Below the pieces are notes generated by a model that was not told the origin of the DNA, made no database searches, and saw only the letters and a list, made by a program, of their open reading frames with translations. 64,000 nt of DNA from Auanema rhodensis (taxonomy: Eukaryota > Animalia > Nematoda), in contig OZ059894.1 of the NCBI GenBank assembly GCA_964057225.1, positions 12,958,001 through 13,022,000 on the forward strand, read 5' to 3'. This document shows positions 1 to 15,000 of this stretch, in pieces. How positions within the stretch are numbered: the stretch's first letter is position 1; each line of letters starts with the position of its first letter. Both the position numbers and the translations under genes were made by a program.

Positions 1-3000
1 TGTTTCAAAACTATTGTAAAAATATGAGATTGTTTCAAAATACGTGATTAAATGAAGAAAATGGAGTAAAATGAATTGGAAAATTATAAAATATTTCCAT
101 GTTTTATTTTGTTAGTATCAGAAAATTCAAATTAAGATCGTTTTTAATGTTTCAAATCTCAATGAACGAATGAATTGTTTCAAAACTATTGTAAAAATAT
201 GAGATTGTTTCAAAATACGTGATTAAATGAAGAAAATGGAGTAAAATGAATTGGAAAATTATAAAATATTTTCATGTTTTATTTCTTGAGTTTCAAAATA
301 TTCAAACTTTTTTTTTTCACTGTTTAAAATCTTAATGAACGAATGAATTGTTTCAAAACTATTGTAAAAATATGAGATTGTTTCAAAATACGTGATTAAA
401 TGAAGAAAATGGAGTAAAATGAATTGGAAACTTATAAAATATTTCCATGTTTTATTTTCTTAGTATCAGAAAATTCAAATTAAGATCGTTTTCAATGTTT
501 CAAATCTTAATGAACGAATTAATCGTTTCAAAACTATTGTAAAAATATGAGATTGTTTCAAAATACGTGATTAAATGAAGAAAATAGAGTAAAATGAATT
601 GGAATATTATAAAATATTTTCATGTTTTATTTCTTGAGTATCAAAATATTCAAACTTTTTTTTTTCACTGTTTAAAATCTTAATGAACGAATGAATTGTT
701 TCAAAACTATTGTAAAAATATGAGATTGTTTCAAAATACGTGATTAAATGAAGGAAATGGAGTAAAATGAATTGGAAAATTATAAAATATTTTCATGTTT
801 TATTTCTTGAGTTTCAAAATATTCAAACTTTTTTTTTTCACTGTTTAAAATCTTAATGAACGAATGAATTGTTTCAAAACTATTGTAAAAATTTGAGATT
901 GTTTCAAAATACGTGATTAAATGAAGAAAATGGAGTAAAATGAATTGGAAAATTATAAAATATTTCCATGTTTTATTTTTTTAGTATCAGAAAATTCAAA
1001 TTAAGATCGTTTTTAATGTTTCAAATCTCAATGAACGAATGAATTGTTTCAAAACTATTGTAAAAATATGAGATTGTTTCAAAATACGTGATTAAATGAA
1101 GAAAATGGAGTAAAATGAATTGGAAAATTATAAAATATTTTCATGTTTTATTTCTTGAGTTTCAAAATATTCAAACTTTTTTTTTTCACTGTTTAAAATC
1201 TTAATGAACGAATGAATTGTTTCAAAACTATTGTAAAAATTTGAGATTGTTTCAAAATACGTGATTAAATGAAGAAAATGGAGTAAAATGAATTGGAAAA
1301 TTATAAAATATTTCCATGTTTTATTTTTTTAGTATCAGAAAATTCAAATTAAGATCGTTTTTAATGTTTCAAATCTCAATGAACGAATGAATTGTTTCAA
1401 AACTATTGTAAAAATATGAGATTGTTTCAAAATACGTGATTAAATGAAGAAAATGGAGTAAAATGAATTGGAAAATTATAAAATATTTTCATTTTTTATT
1501 TCTTGAGTATCAAAATATTCAAAATTATATCTTTTTTACTGTTAAAAACATTATTAACTGGATGATTTGTTTGGAAATTATTGTAAAAATATGAGATTGT
1601 TTCAAAATACGTGATTAAATGAAGAAAATGGAGCAAAATGAATTGGAAAATTATAAAATATTTTCATGTTTTATTTCTTGAGTATCAAAATATTTAAACT
1701 TTTTTTTTCACTGTTTAAAATCTTACAGAACGAATGAATTGTTTCAAAACTATTGTAAAAATTTGAGATTGTTTCAAAATTTGTGATTAAATGAAGAAAA
1801 TGGAGTAAAATGAATTGGAAAATTATAAAATATTTCCATGTTTTATTTTCTTAGTATCAGAAAATTCAAATTAAGATCGTTTTTAATGTTTCAAATCTTA
1901 ATGAACGAATGAATTGTTTCAAAACTATTGTAAAAATATGAGATTGTTTCAAAATACGTGATTAAATGAAGAAAATGGAGTAAAATGAATTGGAAAATTA
2001 TAAAATATTTCCATGTTTTATTTTCTTAGTATCAGAAAATTCAAATTAAGATCGTTTTTAATGTTTCAAATCTTAATGAACGAATGAATTGTTTCAAAAC
2101 TATTGTAAAAATATGAGATTAATTCAAAATACGTGATTAAATGAAGAAAATGGAGTAAAATGAATTGGAAAATTATAAAATATTTTCATGTTTTATTTCT
2201 TGAGTTTCAAAATATTCAAACTTTTTTTTTTCACTGTTTAAAATCTTAATGAACGAATGAATTGTTTCAAAACTATTGTAAAAATATGAGATTGTTTCAA
2301 AATACGTGATTAAATGAAGAAAATGGAGTAAAATGAATTGGAAAATTATAAAATATTTTCATGTTTTATTTCTTGAGTTTCAAAATATTCAAACTTTTTT
2401 TTTTCACTGTTTAAAATCTTAATTAACGAATGAATTGTTTCAAAACTATTGTAAAAATATGAGATTGTTTCAAAATACGTGATTAAATGAAGAAAATGGA
2501 GTAAAATGAATTGGAAAATTATAAAATATTTCCATGTTTTATTTTTTTAGTATCAGAAAATTCAAATTAAGATCGTTTTTAATGTTTCAAATCTCAATGA
2601 ACGAATGAATTGTTTCAAAACTATTGTAAAAATATGAGATTGTTTCAAAATACGTGATTAAATGAAGAAAATGGAGCAAAATGAATTGGAAAATTATAAA
2701 ATATTTTCATGTTTTATTTCTTGAGTATCAAAATATTTAAACTTTTTTTTTTCACTGTTTAAAATCTTAATGAACGAATGAATTGTTTCAAAACTATTGT
2801 AAAAATATGAGATTGTTTCAAAATACGTGATTAAATGAAGAAAATGGAGTAAAATGAATTGGAAAATTATAAAATATTTTCATGTTTTATTTCTTGAGTT
2901 TCAAAATATTCAAACTTTTTTTTTTCACTGTTTAAAATCTTACAGAACGAATGAATTGTTTCAAAACTATTGTAAAAATTTGAGATTGTTTCAAAATACG

Positions 3001-6000
3001 TGATTAAATGAAGAAAATGGAGTAAAATGAATTGGAAAATTATAAAATATTTCCATGTTTTATTTTCTTAGTATCAGAAAATTCGAATTAAGATCGTTTT
3101 CAATGTTTCAAATCTTAATGAACGAATGAATTGTTTCAAAACTATTGTAAAAATATGAGATTGTTTCAAAATACGTGATTAAATGAAGAAAATGGAGTAA
3201 AATGAATTGGAAAATTATAAAATATTTTCATGTTTTATTTCTTGAGTTTCAAAATATTTAAACTTTTTTTTTTCACTGTTTAAAATCTTAATGAACGAAT
3301 GAATTGTTTCAAAACTATTGTAAAAATATGAGATTGTTTCAAAATACGTGATTAAATGAAGAAAATGGAGTAAAATGAATTGGAAAATTATAAAATATTT
3401 TCATGTTTTATTTCTTGAGTTTCAAAATATTCAAACTTTTTTTTTTCACTGTTTAAAATCTTACAGAACGAATTAATTGTTTCAAAACTATTGTAAAAAT
3501 ATGAGATTGTTTCAAAATACGTGATTAAATGAAGAAAATGGAGTAAAATGAATTGGAAAATTATAAAATATTTCCATGTTTTATTTTTTTAGTATCAGAA
3601 AATTCAAATTAAGATCGTTTTTAATGTTTCAAATCTCAATGAACGAATGAATTGTTTCAAAACTATTGTAAAAATATGAGATTGTTTCAAAATACGTGAT
3701 TAAATGAAGAAAATGGAGTAAAATGAATTGGAAAATTATAAAATATTTTCATTTTTTATTTCTTGAGTATCAAAATATTCAAAATTATATCTTTTTTACT
3801 GTTAAAAACATTATTAACTGGATGATTTGTTTGGAAATTATTGTAAAAATATGAGATTGTTTCAAAATACGTGATTAAATGAAGAAAATGGAGCAAAATG
3901 AATTGGAAAATTATAAAATATTTTCATGTTTTATTTCTTGAGTATCAAAATATTTAAACTTTTTTTTTCACTGTTTAAAATCTTACAGAACGAATGAATT
4001 GTTTCAAAACTATTGTAAAAATTTGAGATTGTTTCAAAATTTGTGATTAAATGAAGAAAATGGAGTAAAATGAATTGGAAAATTATAAAATATTTCCATG
4101 TTTTATTTTCTTAGTATCAGAAAATTCAAATTAAGATCGTTTTTAATGTTTCAAATCTTAATGAACGAATGAATTGTTTCAAAACTATTGTAAAAATATG
4201 AGATTGTTTCAAAATACGTGATTAAATGAAGAAAATGGAGTAAAATGAATTGGAAAATTATAAAATATTTCCATGTTTTATTTTCTTAGTATCAGAAAAT
4301 TCAAATTAAGATCGTTTTTAATGTTTCAAATCTTAATGAACGAATGAATTGTTTCAAAACTATTGTAAAAATATGAGATTAATTCAAAATACGTGATTAA
4401 ATGAAGAAAATGGAGTAAAATGAATTGGAAAATTATAAAATATTTTCATGTTTTATTTCTTGAGTTTCAAAATATTCAAACTTTTTTTTTTCACTGTTTA
4501 AAATCTTAATGAACGAATGAATTGTTTCAAAACTATTGTAAAAATATGAGATTGTTTCAAAATACGTGATTAAATGAAGAAAATGGAGTAAAATGAATTG
4601 GAAAATTATAAAATATTTTCATGTTTTATTTCTTGAGTTTCAAAATATTCAAACTTTTTTTTTTCACTGTTTAAAATCTTAATTAACGAATGAATTGTTT
4701 CAAAACTATTGTAAAAATATGAGATTGTTTCAAAATACGTGATTAAATGAAGAAAATGGAGTAAAATGAATTGGAAAATTATAAAATATTTCCATGTTTT
4801 ATTTTTTTAGTATCAGAAAATTCAAATTAAGATCGTTTTTAATGTTTCAAATCTCAATGAACGAATGAATTGTTTCAAAACTATTGTAAAAATATGAGAT
4901 TGTTTCAAAATACGTGATTAAATGAAGAAAATGGAGCAAAATGAATTGGAAAATTATAAAATATTTTCATGTTTTATTTCTTGAGTATCAAAATATTTAA
5001 ACTTTTTTTTTTCACTGTTTAAAATCTTAATGAACGAATGAATTGTTTCAAAACTATTGTAAAAATATGAGATTGTTTCAAAATACGTGATTAAATGAAG
5101 AAAATGGAGTAAAATGAATTGGAAAATTATAAAATATTTTCATGTTTTATTTCTTGAGTTTCAAAATATTCAAACTTTTTTTTTTCACTGTTTAAAATCT
5201 TACAGAACGAATGAATTGTTTCAAAACTATTGTAAAAATTTGAGATTGTTTCAAAATACGTGATTAAATGAAGAAAATGGAGTAAAATGAATTGGAAAAT
5301 TATAAAATATTTCCATGTTTTATTTTCTTAGTATCAGAAAATTCGAATTAAGATCGTTTTCAATGTTTCAAATCTTAATGAACGAATGAATTGTTTCAAA
5401 ACTATTGTAAAAATATGAGATTGTTTCAAAATACGTGATTAAATGAAGAAAATGGAGTAAAATGAATTGGAAAATTATAAAATATTTTCATGTTTTATTT
5501 CTTGAGTTTCAAAATATTTAAACTTTTTTTTTTCACTGTTTAAAATCTTAATGAACGAATGAATTGTTTCAAAACTATTGTAAAAATATGAGATTGTTTC
5601 AAAATACGTGATTAAATGAAGAAAATGGAGTAAAATGAATTGGAAAATTATAAAATATTTTCATGTTTTATTTCTTGAGTTTCAAAATATTCAAACTTTT
5701 TTTTTTCACTGTTTAAAATCTTACAGAACGAATTAATTGTTTCAAAACTATTGTAAAAATATGAGATTGTTTCAAAATACGTGATTAAATGAAGAAAATG
5801 GAGTAAAATGAATTGGAAAATTATAAAATATTTCCATGTTTTATTTTTTTAGTATCAGAAAATTCAAATTAAGATCGTTTTTAATGTTTCAAATCTCAAT
5901 GAACGAATGAATTGTTTCAAAACTATTGTAAAAATATGAGATTGTTTCAAAATACGTGATTAAATGAAGAAAATGGAGTAAAATGAATTGGAAAATTATA

Positions 6001-9000
6001 AAATATTTTCATGTTTTATTTCTTGAGTTTCAAAATATTCAAACTTTTTTTTTTCACTGTTTAAAATCTTAATGAACGAATGAATTGTTTCAAAACTATT
6101 GTAAAAATTTGAGATTGTTTCAAAATACGTGATTAAATGAAGAAAATGGAGTAAAATGAATTGGAAAATTATAAAATATTTCCATGTTTTATTTTTTTAG
6201 TATCAGAAAATTCAAATTAAGATCGTTTTTAATGTTTCAAATCTCAATGAACGAATGAATTGTTTCAAAACTATTGTAAAAATATGAGATTGTTTCAAAA
6301 TACGTGATTAAATGAAGAAAATGGAGTAAAATGAATTGGAAAATTATAAAATATTTTCATTTTTTATTTCTTGAGTATCAAAATATTCAAAATTATATCT
6401 TTTTTTACTGTTAAAAACATTATTAACTGGATGATTTGTTTGGAAATTATTGTAAAAATATGAGATTGTTTCAAAATACGTGATTAAATGAAGAAAATGG
6501 AGCAAAATGAATTGGAAAATTATAAAATATTTTCATGTTTTATTTCTTGAGTATCAAAATATTTAAACTTTTTTTTTCACTGTTTAAAATCTTACAGAAC
6601 GAATGAATTGTTTCAAAACTATTGTAAAAATTTGAGATTGTTTCAAAATTTGTGATTAAATGAAGAAAATGGAGTAAAATGAATTGGAAAATTATAAAAT
6701 ATTTCCATGTTTTATTTTCTTAGTATCAGAAAATTCAAATTAAGATCGTTTTTAATGTTTCAAATCTTAATGAACGAATGAATTGTTTCAAAACTATTGT
6801 AAAAATATGAGATTGTTTCAAAATACGTGATTAAATGAAGAAAATGGAGTAAAATGAATTGGAAAATTATAAAATATTTCCATGTTTTATTTTCTTAGTA
6901 TCAGAAAATTCAAATTAAGATCGTTTTTAATGTTTCAAATCTTAATGAACGAATGAATTGTTTCAAAACTATTGTAAAAATATGAGATTAATTCAAAATA
7001 CGTGATTAAATGAAGAAAATGGAGTAAAATGAATTGGAAAATTATAAAATATTTTCATGTTTTATTTCTTGAGTTTCAAAATATTCAAACTTTTTTTTTT
7101 CACTGTTTAAAATCTTAATGAACGAATGAATTGTTTCAAAACTATTGTAAAAATATGAGATTGTTTCAAAATACGTGATTAAATGAAGAAAATGGAGTAA
7201 AATGAATTGGAAAATTATAAAATATTTTCATGTTTTATTTCTTGAGTTTCAAAATATTCAAACTTTTTTTTTTCACTGTTTAAAATCTTAATTAACGAAT
7301 GAATTGTTTCAAAACTATTGTAAAAATATGAGATTGTTTCAAAATACGTGATTAAATGAAGAAAATGGAGTAAAATGAATTGGAAAATTATAAAATATTT
7401 CCATGTTTTATTTTTTTAGTATCAGAAAATTCAAATTAAGATCGTTTTTAATGTTTCAAATCTCAATGAACGAATGAATTGTTTCAAAACTATTGTAAAA
7501 ATATGAGATTGTTTCAAAATACGTGATTAAATGAAGAAAATGGAGCAAAATGAATTGGAAAATTATAAAATATTTTCATGTTTTATTTCTTGAGTATCAA
7601 AATATTTAAACTTTTTTTTTTCACTGTTTAAAATCTTAATGAACGAATGAATTGTTTCAAAACTATTGTAAAAATATGAGATTGTTTCAAAATACGTGAT
7701 TAAATGAAGAAAATGGAGTAAAATGAATTGGAAAATTATAAAATATTTTCATGTTTTATTTCTTGAGTTTCAAAATATTCAAACTTTTTTTTTTCACTGT
7801 TTAAAATCTTACAGAACGAATGAATTGTTTCAAAACTATTGTAAAAATTTGAGATTGTTTCAAAATACGTGATTAAATGAAGAAAATGGAGTAAAATGAA
7901 TTGGAAAATTATAAAATATTTCCATGTTTTATTTTCTTAGTATCAGAAAATTCGAATTAAGATCGTTTTTAATGTTTCAAATCTTAATGAACGAATGAAT
8001 TGTTTCAAAACTATTGTAAAAATATGAGATTGTTTCAAAATACGTGATTAAATGAAGAAAATGGAGTAAAATGAATTGGAAAATTATAAAATATTTCCAT
8101 GTTTTATTTTTTTAGTATCAGAAAATTCAAATTAAGATCGTTTTTAATGTTTCAAATCTCAATGAACGAATGAATTGTTTCAAAACTATTGTAAAAATAT
8201 GAGATTGTTTCAAAATACGTGATTAAATGAAGAAAATGGAGTAAAATGAATTGGAAAATTATAAAATATTTTCATGTTTTATTTCTTGAGTTTCAAAATA
8301 TTCAAACTTTTTTTTTTCACTGTTTAAAATCTTAATGAACGAATGAATTGTTTCAAAACTATTGTAAAAATATGAGATTGTTTCAAAATACGTGATTAAA
8401 TGAAGAAAATGGAGCAAAATGAATTGGAAAATTATAAAATATTTTCATGTTTTATTTCTTGAGTATCAAAATATTTAAACTTTTTTTTTTCACTGTTTAA
8501 AATCTTAATGAACGAATGAATTGTTTCAAAACTATTGTAAAAATATGAGATTGTTTCAAAATACGTGATTAAATGAAGAAAATGGAGTAAAATGAATTGG
8601 AAAATTATAAAATATTTTCATGTTTTATTTCTTGAGTTTCAAAATATTCAAACTTTTTTTTTTCACTGTTTAAAATCTTACAGAACGAATGAATTGTTTC
8701 AAAACTATTGTAAAAATTTGAGATTGTTTCAAAATACGTGATTAAATGAAGAAAATGGAGTAAAATGAATTGGAAAATTATAAAATATTTCCATGTTTTA
8801 TTTTCTTAGTATCAGAAAATTCGAATTAAGATCGTTTTTAATGTTTCAAATCTTAATGAACGAATGAATTGTTTCAAAACTATTGTAAAAATATGAGATT
8901 GTTTCAAAATACGTGATTAAATGAAGAAAATGGAGTAAAATGAATTGGAAAATTATAAAATATTTCCATGTTTTATTTTTTTAGTATCAGAAAATTCAAA

Positions 9001-12000
9001 TTAAGATCGTTTTTAATGTTTCAAATCTCAATGAACGAATGAATTGTTTCAAAACTATTGTAAAAATATGAGATTGTTTCAAAATACGTGATTAAATGAA
9101 GAAAATGGAGTAAAATGAATTGGAAAATTATAAAATATTTTCATGTTTTATTTCTTGAGTTTCAAAATATTCAAACTTTTTTTTTTCACTGTTTAAAATC
9201 TTAATGAACGAATGAATTGTTTCAAAACTATTGTAAAAATTTGAGATTGTTTCAAAATACGTGATTAAATGAAGAAAATGGAGTAAAATGAATTGGAAAA
9301 TTATAAAATATTTCCATGTTTTATTTTTTTAGTATCAGAAAATTCAAATTAAGATCGTTTTTAATGTTTCAAATCTCAATGAACGAATGAATTGTTTCAA
9401 AACTATTGTAAAAATATGAGATTGTTTCAAAATACGTGATTAAATGAAGAAAATGGAGTAAAATGAATTGGAAAATTATAAAATATTTTCATGTTTTATT
9501 TCTTGAGTTTCAAAATATTCAAACTTTTTTTTTTCACTGTTTAAAATCTTAATGAACGAATGAATTGTTTCAAAACTATTGTAAAAATTTGAGATTGTTT
9601 CAAAATACGTGATTAAATGAAGAAAATGGAGCAAAATGAATTGGAAAATTATAAAATATTTTCATGTTTTATTTCTTGAGTATCAAAATATTTAAACTTT
9701 TTTTTTTCACTGTTTAAAATCTTACAGAACGAATGAATTGTTTCAAAACTATTGTAAAAATTTGAGATTGTTTCAAAATTTGTGATTAAATGAAGAAAAT
9801 GGAGTAAAATGAATTGGAAAATTATAAAATATTTCCATGTTTTATTTTCTTAGTATCAGAAAATTCAAATTAAGATCGTTTTTAATGTTTCAAATCTTAA
9901 TGAACGAATGAATTGTTTCAAAACTATTGTAAAAATATGAGATTGTTTCAAAATACGTGATTAAATGAAGAAAATGGAGTAAAATGAATTGGAAAATTAT
10001 AAAATATTTCCATGTTTTATTTTCTTAGTATCAGAAAATTCAAATTAAGATCGTTTTTAATGTTTCAAATCTTAATGAACGAATGAATTGTTTCAAAACT
10101 ATTGTAAAAATATGAGATTAATTCAAAATACGTGATTAAATGAAGAAAATGGAGTAAAATGAATTGGAAAATTATAAAATATTTTCATGTTTTATTTCTT
10201 GAGTTTCAAAATATTCAAACTTTTTTTTTTCACTGTTTAAAATCTTAATGAACGAATGAATTGTTTCAAAACTATTGTAAAAATATGAGATTGTTTCAAA
10301 ATACGTGATTAAATGAAGAAAATGGAGTAAAATGAATTGGAAAATTATAAAATATTTTCATGTTTTATTTCTTGAGTTTCAAAATATTCAAACTTTTTTT
10401 TTTCACTGTTTAAAATCTTAATTAACGAATGAATTGTTTCAAAACTATTGTAAAAATATGAGATTGTTTCAAAATACGTGATTAAATGAAGAAAATGGAG
10501 TAAAATGAATTGGAAAATTATAAAATATTTCCATGTTTTATTTTTTTAGTATCAGAAAATTCAAATTAAGATCGTTTTTAATGTTTCAAATCTCAATGAA
10601 CGAATGAATTGTTTCAAAACTATTGTAAAAATATGAGATTGTTTCAAAATACGTGATTAAATGAAGAAAATGGAGCAAAATGAATTGGAAAATTATAAAA
10701 TATTTTCATGTTTTATTTCTTGAGTATCAAAATATTTAAACTTTTTTTTTTCACTGTTTAAAATCTTAATGAACGAATGAATTGTTTCAAAACTATTGTA
10801 AAAATATGAGATTGTTTCAAAATACGTGATTAAATGAAGAAAATGGAGTAAAATGAATTGGAAAATTATAAAATATTTTCATGTTTTATTTCTTGAGTTT
10901 CAAAATATTCAAACTTTTTTTTTTCACTGTTTAAAATCTTACAGAACGAATGAATTGTTTCAAAACTATTGTAAAAATTTGAGATTGTTTCAAAATACGT
11001 GATTAAATGAAGAAAATGGAGTAAAATGAATTGGAAAATTATAAAATATTTCCATGTTTTATTTTCTTAGTATCAGAAAATTCGAATTAAGATCGTTTTC
11101 AATGTTTCAAATCTTAATGAACGAATTAATTGTTTCAAAACTATTGTAAAAATATGAGATTGTTTCAAAATACGTGATTAAATGAAGAAAATGGAGTAAA
11201 ATGAATTGGAAAATTATAAAATATTTCCATGTTTTATTTTTTTAGTATCAGAAAATTCAAATTAAGATCGTTTTTAATGTTTCAAATCTCAATGAACAAA
11301 TGAATTGTTTCAAAACTATTGTAAAAATATGAGATTGTTTCAAAATACGTGATTAAATGAAGAAAATGGAGTAAAATGAATTGGAAAATTATAAAATATT
11401 TTCATGTTTTATTTCTTGAGTTTCAAAATATTCAAACTTTTTTTTTTCACTGTTTAAAATCTTAATGAACGAATGAATTGTTTCAAAACTATTGTAAAAA
11501 TATGAGATTGTTTCAAAATTCGTGATTAAATGAAGAAAATGGAGTAAAATGAATTGGAAAATTATAAAATATTTCCATGTTTTATTTTCTTAGTATCAGA
11601 AAATTCAAATTAAGATCGTTTTCAATGTTTCAAATCTTAATGAACGAATTAATCGTTTCAAAACTATTGTAAAAATATGAGATTGTTTCAAAATACGTGA
11701 TTAAATGAAGAAAATAGAGTAAAATGAATTGGAATATTATAAAATATTTTCATGTTTTATTTCTTGAGTATCAAAATATTCAAACTTTTTTTTTTCACTG
11801 TTTAAAATCTTAATGAACGAATGAATTGTTTCAAAACTATTGTAAAAATATGAGATTGTTTCAAAATTCGTGATTAAATGAAGAAAATGGAGTAAAATGA
11901 ATTGGAAAATTATAAAATATTTCCATGTTTTATTTTCTTAGTATCAGAAAATTCAAATTAAGATCGTTTTCAATGTTTCAAATCTTAATGAACGAATTAA

Positions 12001-15000
12001 TCGTTTCAAAACTATTGTAAAAATATGAGATTGTTTCAAAATACGTGATTAAATGAAGAAAATAGAGTAAAATGAATTGGAATATTATAAAATATTTTCA
12101 TGTTTTATTTCTTGAGTATCAAAATATTCAAACTTTTTTTTTTCACTGTTTAAAATCTTAATGAACGAATGAATTGTTTCAAAACTATTGTAAAAATATG
12201 AGATTGTTTCAAAATACGTGATTAAATGAAGGAAATGGAGTAAAATGAATTGGAAAATTATAAAATATTTTCATGTTTTATTTCTTGAGTTTCAAAATAT
12301 TCAAACTTTTTTTTTTCACTGTTTAAAATCTTAATGAACGAATGAATTGTTTCAAAACTATTGTAAAAATTTGAGATTGTTTCAAAATACGTGATTAAAT
12401 GAAGAAAATGGAGTAAAATGAATTGGAAAATTATAAAATATTTCCATGTTTTAATTTTTTAGTATCAGAAAATTCAAATTAAGATCGTTTTTAATGTTTC
12501 AAATCTCAATGAACGAATGAATTGTTTCAAAACTATTGTAAAAATATGAGATTGTTTCAAAATACGTGATTAAATGAAGAAAATGGAGTAAAATGAATTG
12601 GAAAATTATAAAATATTTTCATGTTTTATTTCTTGAGTTTCAAAATATTCAAACTTTTTTTTTTCACTGTTTAAAATCTTAATGAACGAATGAATTGTTT
12701 CAAAACTATTGTAAAAATTTGAGATTGTTTCAAAATACGTGATTTAATGAAGAAAATAGAGTAAAATGAATTGGAAAATTATAAAATATTTTCATGTTTT
12801 ATTTTTTTAGTATCAGAAAATTCAAATTAAGATCGTTTTTAATGTTTCAAATCTTAATGAACGAATGAATTGTTTCAAAACTATTGTAAAAATATGAGAT
12901 TGTTTCAAAATACGTGATTAAATGAAGAAAATGGAGTAAAATGAATTGGAAAATTATAAAATATTTTCATTTTTTATTTCTTGAGTATCAAAATATTCAA
13001 AATTATATCTTTTTTACTGTTAAAAACATTATTAACTGGATGATTTGTTTGGAAATTATTGTAAAAATATGAGATTGTTTCAAAATACGTGATTAAATGA
13101 AGAAAATGGAGCAAAATGAATTGGAAAATTATAAAATATTTTCATGTTTTATTTCTTGAGTATCAAAATATTTAAACTTTTTTTTTTCACTGTTTAAAAT
13201 CTTACAGAACGAATGAATTGTTTCAAAACTATTGTAAAAATTTGAGATTGTTTCAAAATTTGTGATTAAATGAAGAAAATGGAGTAAAATGAATTGGAAA
13301 ATTATAAAATATTTCCATGTTTTATTTTCTTAGTATCAGAAAATTCAAATTAAGATCGTTTTTAATGTTTCAAATCTTAATGAACGAATGAATTGTTTCA
13401 AAACTATTGTAAAAATATGAGATTGTTTCAAAATACGTGATTAAATGAAGAAAATGGAGTAAAATGAATTGGAAAATTATAAAATATTTTCATGTTTTAT
13501 TTCTTGAGTTTCAAAATATTCAAACTTTTTTTTTTCACTGTTTAAAATCTTAATGAACGAATGAATTGTTTCAAAACTATTGTAAAAATATGAGATTGTT
13601 TCAAAATACGTGATTAAATGAAGAAAATGGAGTAAAATGAATTGGAAAATTATAAAATATTTTCATGTTTTATTTCTTGAGTTTCAAAATATTCAAACTT
13701 TTTTTTTTCACTGTTTAAAATCTTAATTAACGAATGAATTGTTTCAAAACTATTGTAAAAATATGAGATTGTTTCAAAATACGTGATTAAATGAAGAAAA
13801 TGGAGTAAAATGAATTGGAAAATTATAAAATATTTCCATGTTTTATTTTTTTAGTATCAGAAAATTCAAATTAAGATCGTTTTTAATGTTTCAAATCTCA
13901 ATGAACGAATGAATTGTTTCAAAACTATTGTAAAAATATGAGATTGTTTCAAAATACGTGATTAAATGAAGAAAATGGAGCAAAATGAATTGGAAAATTA
14001 TAAAATATTTTCATGTTTTATTTCTTGAGTATCAAAATATTTAAACTTTTTTTTTTCACTGTTTAAAATCTTAATGAACGAATGAATTGTTTCAAAACTA
14101 TTGTAAAAATATGAGATTGTTTCAAAATACGTGATTAAATGAAGAAAATGGAGTAAAATGAATTGGAAAATTATAAAATATTTCCATGTTTTATTTTCTT
14201 AGTATCAGAAAATTCGAATTAAGATCGTTTTCAATGTTTCAAATCTTAATGAACGAATTAATTGTTTCAAAACTATTGTAAAAATATGAGATTGTTTCAA
14301 AATACGTGATTAAATGAAGAAAATGGAGTAAAATGAATTGGAAAATTATAAAATATTTCCATGTTTTATTTTTTTAGTATCAGAAAATTCAAATTAAGAT
14401 CGTTTTTAATGTTTCAAATCTCAATGAACGAATGAATTGTTTCAAAACTATTGTAAAAATATGAGATTGTTTCAAAATACGTGATTAAATGAAGAAAATG
14501 GAGTAAAATGAATTGGAAAATTATAAAATATTTTCATGTTTTATTTCTTGAGTTTCAAAATATTCAAACTTTTTTTTTTCACTGTTTAAAATCTTAATGA
14601 ACGAATGAATTGTTTCAAAACTATTGTAAAAATATGAGATTGTTTCAAAATACGTGATTAAATGAAGAAAATGGAGTAAAATGAATTGGAAAATTATAAA
14701 ATATTTCCATGTTTTATTTTCTTAGTATCAGAAAATTCAAATTAAGATCGTTTTCAATGTTTCAAATCTTAATGAACGAATTAATCGTCTCAAAACTATT
14801 GTAAAAATATGAGATTGTTTCAAAATACGTGATTAAATGAAGAAAATAGAGTAAAATGAATTGGAATATTATGAAATATTTTCATGTTTTATTTCTTGAG
14901 TATCAAAATATTCAAACTTTTTTTTTTCACTGTTTAAAATCTTAATGAACGAATGAATTGTTTCAAAACTATTGTAAAAATAAGAGATTGTTTCAAAATA

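Noticed and set aside
40-49. ATACGTGAT resembling CDEI/HRE/G-box, or a CENP-B box
   Set aside because: Short imperfect match that is lost in D-type monomers. No 17-bp CENP-B box was seen.
136-139. GATC in type A monomers as a target of the element's Dam-like domain
   Set aside because: A 4-mer expected by chance, far from both insertion sites, and the MT catalytic motif is atypical.
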